DNA from: Pseudomonadota bacterium
Lineage (GTDB): Bacteria; Bdellovibrionota; Bdellovibrionia; Bdellovibrionales; SG-bin7
Assembly (NCBI GenBank): GCA_034439715.1
Contig: JAWXAY010000005.1
Coordinates: forward strand, 1 to 15,417
DNA length: 15,417 nucleotides
Direction: 5' to 3'
Positions 7,363 to 15,416 of this stretch are shown in pieces (position 1 is the stretch's first letter; each line of letters begins with the position of its first letter). A model generated the notes under the pieces. That model did not search any database and was not told where the DNA came from. It was given only the letters and a program-made list of their open reading frames with translations. The position numbers and the translations under genes were made by a program.

Positions 7363-8175
7363 ATGATTAAATTTTTATATGTTTTGTTGGTATGGATGCC
7401 ATTTAGTCAATTGGCAAATGCGGCGGATGTTCCCCAGAAATTAGTAATCACGGGCTCTAGTACAGTGGCACCGCTAATAAGTGAAATTGCCAAAGCTTTT
7501 GAAGCTAGTAACCAAGGAGTAAGAATTGACGTGCAAAGTGGTGGCTCTTCACGAGGAATTTCAGATGCCCGCCAGAGTATGAGCGATATTGGTATGATTT
7601 CGCGTGATTTAAAACCTGAAGAAAATGACTTAAAAGGCTTCGCCATCGCCAAAGACGGCATTTGCGTTATCCTTCATAAAAACAATCCCATCACGAAGCT
7701 TGAAGACAGTCAAATTGTCGACATCTACACTGGTAAAATTAAAAATTGGCAGGAACTTGGTGGCAAAGATGCACCAATTACGGTTGTCAACAAAGCCGAA
7801 GGGCGCTCTACACTCGAGCTGTTTGTTAATTATTTTAAATTGAAGAATTCTGACATAAAACCCCATGTTATTATCGGTGATAACGAGCAAGGCGTTAAAA
7901 CCGTAGCTGGTAATGCGAACGCTATAGGTTATGTTTCGATCGGAACTGCCGAGTATGATTCCGCACAGGGTGTCGCCATAAAACTTTTACCCATCGGTGG
8001 CACCAGTGCTTCTATAGAAAACGTAAAAAATGGCAAGTTCCCACTTTCTCGTAATCTGCTCTTGGTGACCACAACCGAACCAAATGGATTAAAAAAGAAG
8101 TTTATTGAATTTGCGCGCTCAAAAGAGGTTATAGGCATTGTTAAGCAACAGTATCTTGTCCCCATTACGAAATGA
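7363..8175 (+). CDS. pstS: Phosphate ABC transporter substrate-binding protein
   Basis: Sec signal (ANA-A), 'ITGSSTVAP', 'GGSSRG', 'DIGMISRDLK', 'IYTGKIKNWQELGG' and 'FPLSRNL'. RBS AGAAGG. Confidence 0.92.
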   Translation: MIKFLYVLLVWMPFSQLANAADVPQKLVITGSSTVAPLISEIAKAFEASNQGVRIDVQSGGSSRGISDARQSMSDIGMISRDLKPEENDLKGFAIAKDGICVILHKNNPITKLEDSQIVDIYTGKIKNWQELGGKDAPITVVNKAEGRSTLELFVNYFKLKNSDIKPHVIIGDNEQGVKTVAGNANAIGYVSIGTAEYDSAQGVAIKLLPIGGTSASIENVKNGKFPLSRNLLLVTTTEPNGLKKKFIEFARSKEVIGIVKQQYLVPITK

Positions 8176-9007
8176 GTTAGCTCTAGTTTGGCTACTTCGC
8201 ATCTTGGCACTAATGGCAGGAGCTTTGGTCCTGCTGATTTTTGCTTTTTTACTCAATGAATCTTTGCCCATCTTGGGGCTTGTCGGTTTGTCGGCTTTTT
8301 TTTCTGATCCCTCTTGGCATCCTATGGAGGGATTTTTTAATCTCACCTCAATGCTTTTGGGAACTCTTTACGCCACGGCTGGGTCGGTTCTCTTGGCGGC
8401 TCCCCTGGGAATATTATCGGCAATTTTTTGCCGCTTTTATGCTCCCACTCATGTTGCTAGGATTTTTCGCAACCTGATGGAGTCACTTTCTGGAGTGCCC
8501 TCTGTCGTGTTTGGTTTTTGGGGATTGACGGTACTTGTACCTTTGGTGAACCAGATTCATCCCCCTGGGCCCAGTCTATTTGCTGGAATTTCAATATTAA
8601 CAATGATGATTTTACCCACTATGGCTATGGCAGCCGATGCTAGTTTTGCAAGCGTTCCACAAAACTATTTACGAGGGGCACAGGCTCTCGGCCTTTCTAA
8701 ATCAGCAACGCTATTAGGAGTAGTTCTCCCGGCTGCAAAAGCTGGACTACTATCAGGTCTCATTTTACAAAGCGGTCGCGCCATTGGCGAAACTATGGCT
8801 CTTCTTATGGTTTGTGGCAACGTGGTTCAAACACCAAAAAATATATTTGATCCAATCAGGACACTTACGACCAACATTGCTCTAGAAATGGCTTACGCCA
8901 TGGGAAGCCACCGATCGGCACTTTTTGTAAGTGGCCTTATTTTAATGTTGTTTATTGTTGTCCTACTTATAGCAGCCGAAGGCATCAATCGTGTTCCAAA
9001 GAGATAG
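8138..9007 (+). CDS. pstC: Phosphate ABC transporter permease PstC (start uncertain: TTG 8138 or TTG 8156)
   Basis: 'GVPSVVFGFWG', 'MILPT', an EAA-like loop 'VPQNYLRGAQALG', 'GRAIGETMALLMVCGN', 'RTLTTNIALEM' and 'HRSALF'. Confidence 0.93.
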   Translation: MLSNSILSPLRNELALVWLLRILALMAGALVLLIFAFLLNESLPILGLVGLSAFFSDPSWHPMEGFFNLTSMLLGTLYATAGSVLLAAPLGILSAIFCRFYAPTHVARIFRNLMESLSGVPSVVFGFWGLTVLVPLVNQIHPPGPSLFAGISILTMMILPTMAMAADASFASVPQNYLRGAQALGLSKSATLLGVVLPAAKAGLLSGLILQSGRAIGETMALLMVCGNVVQTPKNIFDPIRTLTTNIALEMAYAMGSHRSALFVSGLILMLFIVVLLIAAEGINRVPKR

Positions 9008-9830
9008 GCTATTCACTTTAATAGTTTGGTCGGCAGCATTGTTAGTTGTGCTTATCTTTGCCTCCTTCATTGGGAATATTATTTATTATGGACTAAAAAA
9101 TTTTTCGTTTCTTTATCTTTGGAGCAATCCTATAAATACCGGACGAGAAGGCGGCATATTTCCAATTATAATTTCTACACTACTCATTCTTTTGGTTTGC
9201 ATGACTGTCGCTATCCCCTTGAGTCTGTGTACGGCGATATTTTTAACGGAATTTACCTCTCAAGAAAATATTTTAGCGAGATTTATTCGACGAAGTATTG
9301 ACGTTTTATCGGGAGTTCCCTCGATAGTGTTCGGGCTTTTCGGCAATGCTTTCTTTTCTGTTAAACTAGGTCTCGGCTTCTCAATTTTGTCGGGAGGACT
9401 TACCTTGGCCTGCATGGTTTTACCAATTATGATTCGCTTGACCCAAGAGGGCTTGCGGGCGGTCCCGCCAGAGTATAGTCTCTCGGGTTCAGCTCTTGGT
9501 ATTTCAAGATCTCAAATTTTATTACATCTTCTTTTACCGGCGGCGGCGCCTAGTGTGATCGTCGGCCTTGTATTGGGGGTTGGCCGGGCATTGGCCGAGA
9601 CTGCCGCCTTGGTTTTTACCAGCGGTTATGTCGATCGACTGCCCCAGTCTTTGTGGGATTCGGGTCGGGCCTTATCTGTTCATATTTATGATTTATCAAT
9701 GAACGTTCCCGGCGGAGAGACCAGTGCTTACAAGTCAGCATTTACCTTACTAATTCTTGTTTTCTTTATTAACTCGATTACCACTCAACTCACAAAACTA
9801 TGGTTACAGAAGAGGATTATTTTACAATGA
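8991..9830 (+). CDS. pstA: Phosphate ABC transporter permease PstA
   Basis: 'GGIFPIIISTL', 'LSGVPSIVFGLFG', 'GGLTLACMVLP' and 'GRALAETAALVFT'. GTG start overlaps pstC. Confidence 0.93.
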   Translation: MFQRDRLFTLIVWSAALLVVLIFASFIGNIIYYGLKNFSFLYLWSNPINTGREGGIFPIIISTLLILLVCMTVAIPLSLCTAIFLTEFTSQENILARFIRRSIDVLSGVPSIVFGLFGNAFFSVKLGLGFSILSGGLTLACMVLPIMIRLTQEGLRAVPPEYSLSGSALGISRSQILLHLLLPAAAPSVIVGLVLGVGRALAETAALVFTSGYVDRLPQSLWDSGRALSVHIYDLSMNVPGGETSAYKSAFTLLILVFFINSITTQLTKLWLQKRIILQ

Positions 9831-10660
9831 ATAAAGAACTACCCGAGTTTTATCCCTCGTTACCCTTAAAAATAAGACCCGACTGTTGCGAACCCAGTCC
9901 TCACTTTCAAATCGAAAATCTGAGTCTGAAATACGGCAGTAAATTTGCTTTTAGAAATATAAAACTCACCCTCAACAGAGGTTGTATTACGGCGTTGGTC
10001 GGGCCCTCGGGCTGCGGAAAAACGAGCTTCTTGATGTGTCTTAACCGACTTATTGAGTTGATTCCGGGTGCCTCAGTCACAGGAGAAATATTTTTTGACA
10101 CCCAAGATCTTATGAAAGCGAAAACTCCTGTCATAGAGCTTCGACGTAAAGTAGGGATGATTTTTCAAAAACCAAACCCGTTTCCTCAGACAATTCGGAA
10201 AAATATTGAGTTCCCTTTAAAAGAGCATGGCATTTTAGATCCTATAAAAAGGCGGGAAATTTTAGAAAGAGCCCTCACCGATGTGGGTCTTTGGCAAGAA
10301 GTTAAAGACCGTTTGGAAGCCCCAGCTCTGACCCTTTCCGGAGGACAACAGCAGCGCTTATGTATTGCACGTGCAATAGCGTTAGAACCCGAGGTTCTCT
10401 TAATGGACGAGCCCTGCAGCTCGCTCGATCCTATTTCGAGCGGCGTTGTCGAAGATCTCATCGCAAGTCTTCGGCAAAGATTTACTGTTTTGATTGTTAC
10501 CCACAATTTAGCTCAAGCTCGACGGATTGCCGACTATGTGGCTTTTTTCTGGTTAGAAGATGGAGCCGGAAGCTTGATAGAGTCCGGTCCAACAAAACAG
10601 ATCTTTAACGAGCCTCGACATAAGTTAACTGCGGCTTATATCGGTGGGCTTAGAGGTTAA
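9827..10660 (+). CDS. pstB: Phosphate ABC transporter ATP-binding protein
   Basis: Walker A GPSGCGKT, 'VGMIFQKPNPFP', signature LSGGQQQRLCIAR, Walker B LLMDEPCSSLDP, and 'VTHN'. ATG at 9827 overlaps the pstA TGA, with GAGGA upstream. Confidence 0.96.
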   Translation: MNKELPEFYPSLPLKIRPDCCEPSPHFQIENLSLKYGSKFAFRNIKLTLNRGCITALVGPSGCGKTSFLMCLNRLIELIPGASVTGEIFFDTQDLMKAKTPVIELRRKVGMIFQKPNPFPQTIRKNIEFPLKEHGILDPIKRREILERALTDVGLWQEVKDRLEAPALTLSGGQQQRLCIARAIALEPEVLLMDEPCSSLDPISSGVVEDLIASLRQRFTVLIVTHNLAQARRIADYVAFFWLEDGAGSLIESGPTKQIFNEPRHKLTAAYIGGLRG

Positions 10661-11346
10661 TAAGGCGTTGCTAAAAACGGCCAGGTTGCTGGGCCACCGT
10701 AGCTTGTTTGCCCGTTCAACAACTTATGCCCTTGTGAACTATTTCCAGCTGTACCCTGATAACTGACATTGTCTTTAATAGTTCCTCCTGACGGATCTCC
10801 TGCTACTAAATAGCTGAGGGTAATATCTATCACGTCATCTTCAATTTTTCTGCCTCCAGTTAACATGGCCGCCTTGGTACCTCTAACGAGAACAAAGTCC
10901 CCATTATAAGCGGCAGTGCCTGGTGGAATGGCCTTACTGGTATCGATTCGCATAACGTCTGGCAAAAAGCCCGTAACAACTTCACTATTAAAACCATCAC
11001 CAAAAGTATTGGTCCCCTCTAGGGAATCCACTAAATCAAGAGCAAAGCTTGCTTCTGTTAAAACTTCAAGTACCGCAGGATTATCAGTGGCAAGATCCAG
11101 CGTCGGCGGAATGCTGTTAAAAGCCACTAATTTATTATTACTGACTAATAAGCCTTCATTAACTGCGGGCCTACCTAGCCTTTCAATTTGCACATATGTG
11201 GTTTCGGCTACCACAGTTGTATTTAAAGCATTTTGTAATGATGATTCCAGTGGTTTAAATTTACCGCAATTCTGAACTCCATAAAGCGTTCCTGATATGG
11301 CGATAACCGCGATTGTTAAATTGGTATAAAACCTTTTATTTTTCAT
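10657..11346 (-). CDS. DUF4331-like lipoprotein (C-terminal-half motifs)
   Basis: Signal ending 'LYGVQN-C'. Motifs 'YVQIERLGRPAVNEGL', 'LPDVMRID', 'GGRKIEDDVIDITL' and 'WPFLATP'. RBS AAGGAG. Confidence 0.8.
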   Translation of the reverse strand: MKNKRFYTNLTIAVIAISGTLYGVQNCGKFKPLESSLQNALNTTVVAETTYVQIERLGRPAVNEGLLVSNNKLVAFNSIPPTLDLATDNPAVLEVLTEASFALDLVDSLEGTNTFGDGFNSEVVTGFLPDVMRIDTSKAIPPGTAAYNGDFVLVRGTKAAMLTGGRKIEDDVIDITLSYLVAGDPSGGTIKDNVSYQGTAGNSSQGHKLLNGQTSYGGPATWPFLATPY

Positions 11347-11364
11347 ATTTATCTCCTTTTGGAC

Positions 11365-12114
11365 TTATTTTGGTACCGAAATAGTCGACCATACGTCAAA
11401 TATGGGTTCGCGAGCATTACTTTGCAGAAAATCTATCGGTACTCGAACGACTATAGTGTTGACGTTGTAGAAGCGAGTAAAATCTGACGCCAGAGCAGGA
11501 GCAAGAAAACCGATAAAGGCTTTGGTCGCAATAGCTTGAGCGCGCACTTTAAAAAACTGATTGACGTCAAAAAAGAAAGGGTCTTCTCGAAGTCCCGCAA
11601 AAACTGTGAGGCGATGATTATCGATAGCAATTTGGTTATTGGTGTTTCTATTGGCCTTCGAATCACCAATTGGAGTCGTTAAAAGTAAAGCCCCATCTGG
11701 AGATTTATCAAGTTGCACCATTTGTCCATCTCTGATTGCCGTCAGAGTAAAGCTCTGGCGTCCGCTGGCCAATGGAGCAGAGAATTTAAAACGCAAAATT
11801 ACGTCGTCTTTACCAACTGGCTTGTCAGTCTTATTGTTAGCGGGGACTCTGGTGATGTGAAAGTCATATAGCGCTTGGCTACTAAAAAAGTACTGCTGGT
11901 TTGGTAAAGACCTGGGGTTAGTATTCATGGTCAGAATCAAGTTGCCTTGATCGGCGGGATTACCTGTTTGATTGTCCTCTCTAAATACATAAAGGTCTGT
12001 GAGGTTCAAACTCCTGCCCTTGAGATCAATTTCACCGTCATCATGATCGGAAGCTTTAACTTGAAGCGAAAAAATAACGGCGATAGCCGTTAAACAGAAA
12101 AGATTTTTAAACAT
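11365..12114 (-). CDS. DUF4331-like secreted protein (N-terminal-half motifs)
   Basis: Signal VKA-S followed by 'SDHDDGE'. Motifs 'LTDLYVF', 'VFAGLREDPFFFD', 'DFTRFYNVNTIVVRVP' and 'VWSTIS'. RBS AAGGAG. Confidence 0.85.
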   Translation of the reverse strand: MFKNLFCLTAIAVIFSLQVKASDHDDGEIDLKGRSLNLTDLYVFREDNQTGNPADQGNLILTMNTNPRSLPNQQYFFSSQALYDFHITRVPANNKTDKPVGKDDVILRFKFSAPLASGRQSFTLTAIRDGQMVQLDKSPDGALLLTTPIGDSKANRNTNNQIAIDNHRLTVFAGLREDPFFFDVNQFFKVRAQAIATKAFIGFLAPALASDFTRFYNVNTIVVRVPIDFLQSNAREPIFDVWSTISVPK

Positions 12115-12140
12115 GTTAACTCCTTTAGCTAAGATTTAGT

Positions 12141-12169
12141 TTAACGAGTACTTAAATAAAGTATATACT
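12141..12169 (+). promoter_or_regulatory. Putative sigma70 promoter (TTAACG-N17-TATACT) for the lspA-fusion/hupE operon
   Basis: -35 at 12141-12146 and -10 at 12164-12169. The -10 lies inside the palindrome AGTATATACT (12160-12169). Confidence 0.5.
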
Positions 12170-12193
12170 CTACATGGTGCGTCTTTTTTGACT

Positions 12194-13642
12194 ATGGAAA
12201 ATAAGAAACAAGTATTCAAAACTATTATTTTGCCACTGCTGATTGTTTTCGCAAGCGACCGTATTGCTAAAATTCTCTCTTTAGGTCTAGTCAATACCAC
12301 AGAATTCGGCCCTTTTATTTTTCAGTTACATAAAAACCATGGTCTCATGCTAGGCACGCTCGCTGATAGTCCTGAGGAATTCAGAACCATCGCGCTTTCA
12401 ACATTTGGTGCCTTTCTATTTAGCGTTTTCGTGGCGCTTCAATATTTCATTCCGGCGACCTTACCCCGCTTGCGACTAGGTTTATCGATATTTATGGGTG
12501 GAATTTTAGGTAATATTTTTGACCGTGTGCAATTTGGTTACGTTATTGATTCTGTCGTGGTGCAGTTCGCTCAGTTTCATACGGGAATATTTAATGTCGC
12601 TGATGCTTGGCAGTGGCTTGGCGTCGGCCTAATACTTTGGGATCTCGTGACACGCGGACAACTGCTCTGGCCTGAAAATGAAAAACGTGCTGGCAAGTGG
12701 ATAGATCCCGCCTTCCAGGCACGCTATAGCGCTATTCTTTTGTCCATCGGTTTTACGTTTACTGTCATTATGGGAATTTTCACTTTCACCTATCTAAAAT
12801 TTGTAGTGCAAAAATTACCTGTGGGCTTAATCTCTCAGGCTATCATAGCTAATTTTGGTCTGATGTTTCTTTCAATTGCGGGAATATTTTTTTTACTTTT
12901 GATTTTCATTGGGCGCCTACTCTCTCATCGTATTGCCGGCCCTATTTATGCTTTTGAAATTTTTCTCGAAAATATTCTGATGGGTCAAGTGGGTGATTTT
13001 AAACTCCGCGAGCAGGATGAGTTCAAACGTTTTGAAAAACTGGCCAACAAATTTCAAGATTTTTTTCATAAACAATTAAATCTTCCCCTGCCTCCGCTGC
13101 GACAGAATATGTTGGCCCCCCAATTTTTGGGACAAACCTTTTTTGGTCAATCACTAAACCTGTCGACCTTAAAAGGTTCAAAAGTCTGGCTGTGTTTTTT
13201 TCGCTATGCTACCTGCCCCCTTTGCGTCACTTATATTGACGAAGTATATTCTCAACATAAAAACGAAATCAAAGACGCCGCTCTTAAAGTGATTATGGTG
13301 TTCGATTCTCCTTCTGAAAATTTCTTAAAGAATGTGACGGGTAATACAAAAAAACTCTTGGAATCCCTTCCCTTCCCTCTCGTTGCCGATCCCGACAAAC
13401 AAATTTATAAACTTTATCGTACCCAAAAAACAGTGATAGGTTTTTTTCATCCACTGGCCTTTAAGCAGTTTCTGCTGTCAATTAAAAGAGGTTTTAAGCA
13501 GTTTTGGATAGACGGCGAATTAGGCCAAAAACCCGCCCACTTTTTATTGAACAAAGATGGAACCATAAATACTGTATATTATGGATCCCATATTGCCGAC
13601 CAAATTCCATGGGAACAAGTAAAGTCGTTTTTGGAAGCCTAA
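12194..13642 (+). CDS. Fusion protein: signal peptidase II (peptidase A8) + 2 TM/HAMP-like linker + peroxiredoxin-like (AhpC/TSA) CxxC domain
   Basis: LspA motifs 'SDRIAK', 'NHGLMLG', 'GGILGNIFDR..FGYVID' and 'FNVAD'. Two more TM helices, then 'SHRIAGPIYAFE...FKLREQDEFKRFEKLAN'. Then 'APQF...LKGSKVWLCFFRYATCPLC...FPLVADPDKQIYKLY...PAHFLLNKDGTI..VYYG'. Start is ATG 12194 or TTG 12188. Confidence 0.88.
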   Translation: MENKKQVFKTIILPLLIVFASDRIAKILSLGLVNTTEFGPFIFQLHKNHGLMLGTLADSPEEFRTIALSTFGAFLFSVFVALQYFIPATLPRLRLGLSIFMGGILGNIFDRVQFGYVIDSVVVQFAQFHTGIFNVADAWQWLGVGLILWDLVTRGQLLWPENEKRAGKWIDPAFQARYSAILLSIGFTFTVIMGIFTFTYLKFVVQKLPVGLISQAIIANFGLMFLSIAGIFFLLLIFIGRLLSHRIAGPIYAFEIFLENILMGQVGDFKLREQDEFKRFEKLANKFQDFFHKQLNLPLPPLRQNMLAPQFLGQTFFGQSLNLSTLKGSKVWLCFFRYATCPLCVTYIDEVYSQHKNEIKDAALKVIMVFDSPSENFLKNVTGNTKKLLESLPFPLVADPDKQIYKLYRTQKTVIGFFHPLAFKQFLLSIKRGFKQFWIDGELGQKPAHFLLNKDGTINTVYYGSHIADQIPWEQVKSFLEA

Positions 13643-13645
13643 CCT

Positions 13646-14698
13646 ATGTTACCTTTTATCAAATATATTATTTTTATTGTGTTATTGGCAGCGAAGGGTT
13701 TTGCCCACAGCCTCGATATCACCCACGGTAACATAAATATTAAGGAGGGCTTAGTCGTCATAAGTGTTGGCTACAATCTCCATGCACAAATTTTGGAGAA
13801 GCCGGCAAGCGAAGTTACCTCCACTGATATTTTAAAACTTCCTATCAAAAAATTAAAAGTTAAAACCTTAGACCTCGAAAATGCCTTTCGCGAGCGATTT
13901 AAGCTGATGGCACATGATGGCGTCCCAATCAATTATCAGCTTTTTTTTGATTTCGAGAGGCTTTCGGAGACCACATTTTTAGTTCCTGTTTCGCTCAGTT
14001 TCTCCCCTAAGGGGGATTGGACGATAGAAACGAAGAGTATTTTTGGTACACTAATTCTCGTTTATCAAGAACAGCAATTTTTGATACCAGGCGGATCAAG
14101 AGGAGAAACGATTTATCAGCAAAAGAAACTTAGCTCTGCTTCTCGCACTGCTCTAAATTATACAAAGCTTGGTTTTTTGCATATATTGCCTCGGGGTTTT
14201 GATCACGTGCTTTTTATTTTTACACTATTTTTATTAATTCCGAAATTCAAGCCCTTACTGTGGCAAGTGACCTTCTTTACCGTAGCCCACACCCTATCGC
14301 TGGCACTGGCATCAATGGGGTATGTGAGCTTACCTTCGAAATTTATAGAAGCTGTTATCGCACTGTCGATCGTCTACACAGCACTAGAAAACATCTTTGC
14401 AAAACACCTTGGCACTAGACGCCTCGTTTTGGTTTTTATTTTTGGACTTCTGCACGGGCTAGGCTTTGCTGGAGTCCTATCAGAAATTGGACTCCCCGAA
14501 AATCAATTTTTTATTTCACTGCTGGGATTTAATGTCGGAGTTGAATTAGGTCAAATTTCTGTTTTGGCTGTGGCCTTTATTTGCCTGGGATGGTGTATTG
14601 ATAGACCCTGGTTTCGTAAACGCGTGGTTATTCCTGCCTCAGTACTGATAGGCCTAACTGGCGTTTATTGGACGGTGGCGAGAATTAATGGGGCTTAG
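13646..14698 (+). CDS. HupE/UreJ-family membrane protein with an N-terminal extracytoplasmic domain
   Basis: Signal 'GFA-H' leaves an N-terminal His. C-terminal motifs 'LGFLHILPRGFDHVLF', 'FTVAHTLSL', 'IEAVIALSI', 'FGLLHGLGFA' and 'GFNVGVELGQ'. Starts 3 bp after the fusion gene's stop. Confidence 0.92.
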   Translation: MLPFIKYIIFIVLLAAKGFAHSLDITHGNINIKEGLVVISVGYNLHAQILEKPASEVTSTDILKLPIKKLKVKTLDLENAFRERFKLMAHDGVPINYQLFFDFERLSETTFLVPVSLSFSPKGDWTIETKSIFGTLILVYQEQQFLIPGGSRGETIYQQKKLSSASRTALNYTKLGFLHILPRGFDHVLFIFTLFLLIPKFKPLLWQVTFFTVAHTLSLALASMGYVSLPSKFIEAVIALSIVYTALENIFAKHLGTRRLVLVFIFGLLHGLGFAGVLSEIGLPENQFFISLLGFNVGVELGQISVLAVAFICLGWCIDRPWFRKRVVIPASVLIGLTGVYWTVARINGA

Positions 14699-15330
14699 AA
14701 AAACCGTGAGGTTTTATAATTAGAGTTTTTAAAGTCCATTAGTAAAGAAATATAGGGATGAACAAATCCCAGATTTACGACTTTTTCAAGCGTATATTTG
14801 GCAGCAACAATGTCCTGATTTTCTCTCTGTGCCTTTGCCAAGTACATAAGTGTGATGGGATGCGGCCGACTCATGGCCTCTTCTTCGGCCAAGCGCCTCG
14901 CCTCCAAAAGAGAACCTTGCTCCCCATTATCCAGTAAGAGTTTCACAAGCTGCATGCGGTGACCGTATTTTCCGACTAATAAGTCTTCTCGCAGATTTTT
15001 TTCGACTTCACTTAAAAGAAGCTTAGATTTTTCGATCTGATTTGAGATTTTATACACGAACGCAAGTTCAATAATGATATCAGGATCGGCATAATAAGAT
15101 AGCGCTTCGATAAGTTTTTGTGTCGCCTGAGTCAAATTATTCTTAAGCACAAAATACTGAGCACTGAGACGTAACGCCATACTGTCATCAGGACGAATTC
15201 GTAGGGCTTCTGCTAAAACATAACGGGCTTCTTCTAAATACCCAAAACGTAAATAGAGACGCGCTAAAACCGAGCGCGTCCAAGAAGCCCCTTCGGCATC
15301 GCCTACGTCCTCTATCTTTGTGGTGTTCAC
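14695..15330 (-). CDS. Tetratricopeptide-repeat protein, probably N-terminally truncated
   Basis: TPR-like units 'LARLYLRFGYLEEARYVLAEALRIRPDD' and 'LAKAQRENQDIVAAKYTLEKVVNLG'. GTG start, in-frame TAA at 15346-15348, no signal peptide. Confidence 0.75.
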   Translation of the reverse strand: MNTTKIEDVGDAEGASWTRSVLARLYLRFGYLEEARYVLAEALRIRPDDSMALRLSAQYFVLKNNLTQATQKLIEALSYYADPDIIIELAFVYKISNQIEKSKLLLSEVEKNLREDLLVGKYGHRMQLVKLLLDNGEQGSLLEARRLAEEEAMSRPHPITLMYLAKAQRENQDIVAAKYTLEKVVNLGFVHPYISLLMDFKNSNYKTSRFF

Positions 15331-15416
15331 GCAATTTCTTCCGCTTTAAATTGGCGCGGTTGATTGCCTCTGGTTATTGTAATTAGCGAGAAGTCCTGCA
15401 TCGTTTTTAATATTTC
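15327..15416 (-). CDS. 3' end of an upstream gene (partial)
   Basis: Minus-strand frame open from the window edge: EILKTMQDFSLITITRGNQPRQFKAEEIA*. Its TGA overlaps the TPR GTG (GTGA). A second frame (RNIKNDAGLLANYNNQRQSTAPI*) is also open, so the true frame is uncertain. Confidence 0.35.
   Translation of the reverse strand, partial: EILKTMQDFSLITITRGNQPRQFKAEEIA

Noticed and set aside
8172..8180. ATG overlapping the pstS stop as pstC start, or a pstC frameshift
   Set aside because: It reads ATG-AGT-TAG, out of frame. In-frame TTGs at 8138 and 8156 give a full-length PstC, so no frameshift is needed.
12700..13075. Histidine kinase or chemoreceptor call for the TM-HAMP segment
   Set aside because: No H-box, ATPase or MCP signalling domain follows. 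The next domain is a thioredoxin fold.
1037..13731. Remaining short alternative-frame or antisense ORFs in the track (e.g. 1037-1321, 7929-8210, 10186-10506, 10916-11275, 13504-13731)
   Set aside because: All overlap well-supported genes and have no recognisable motifs.
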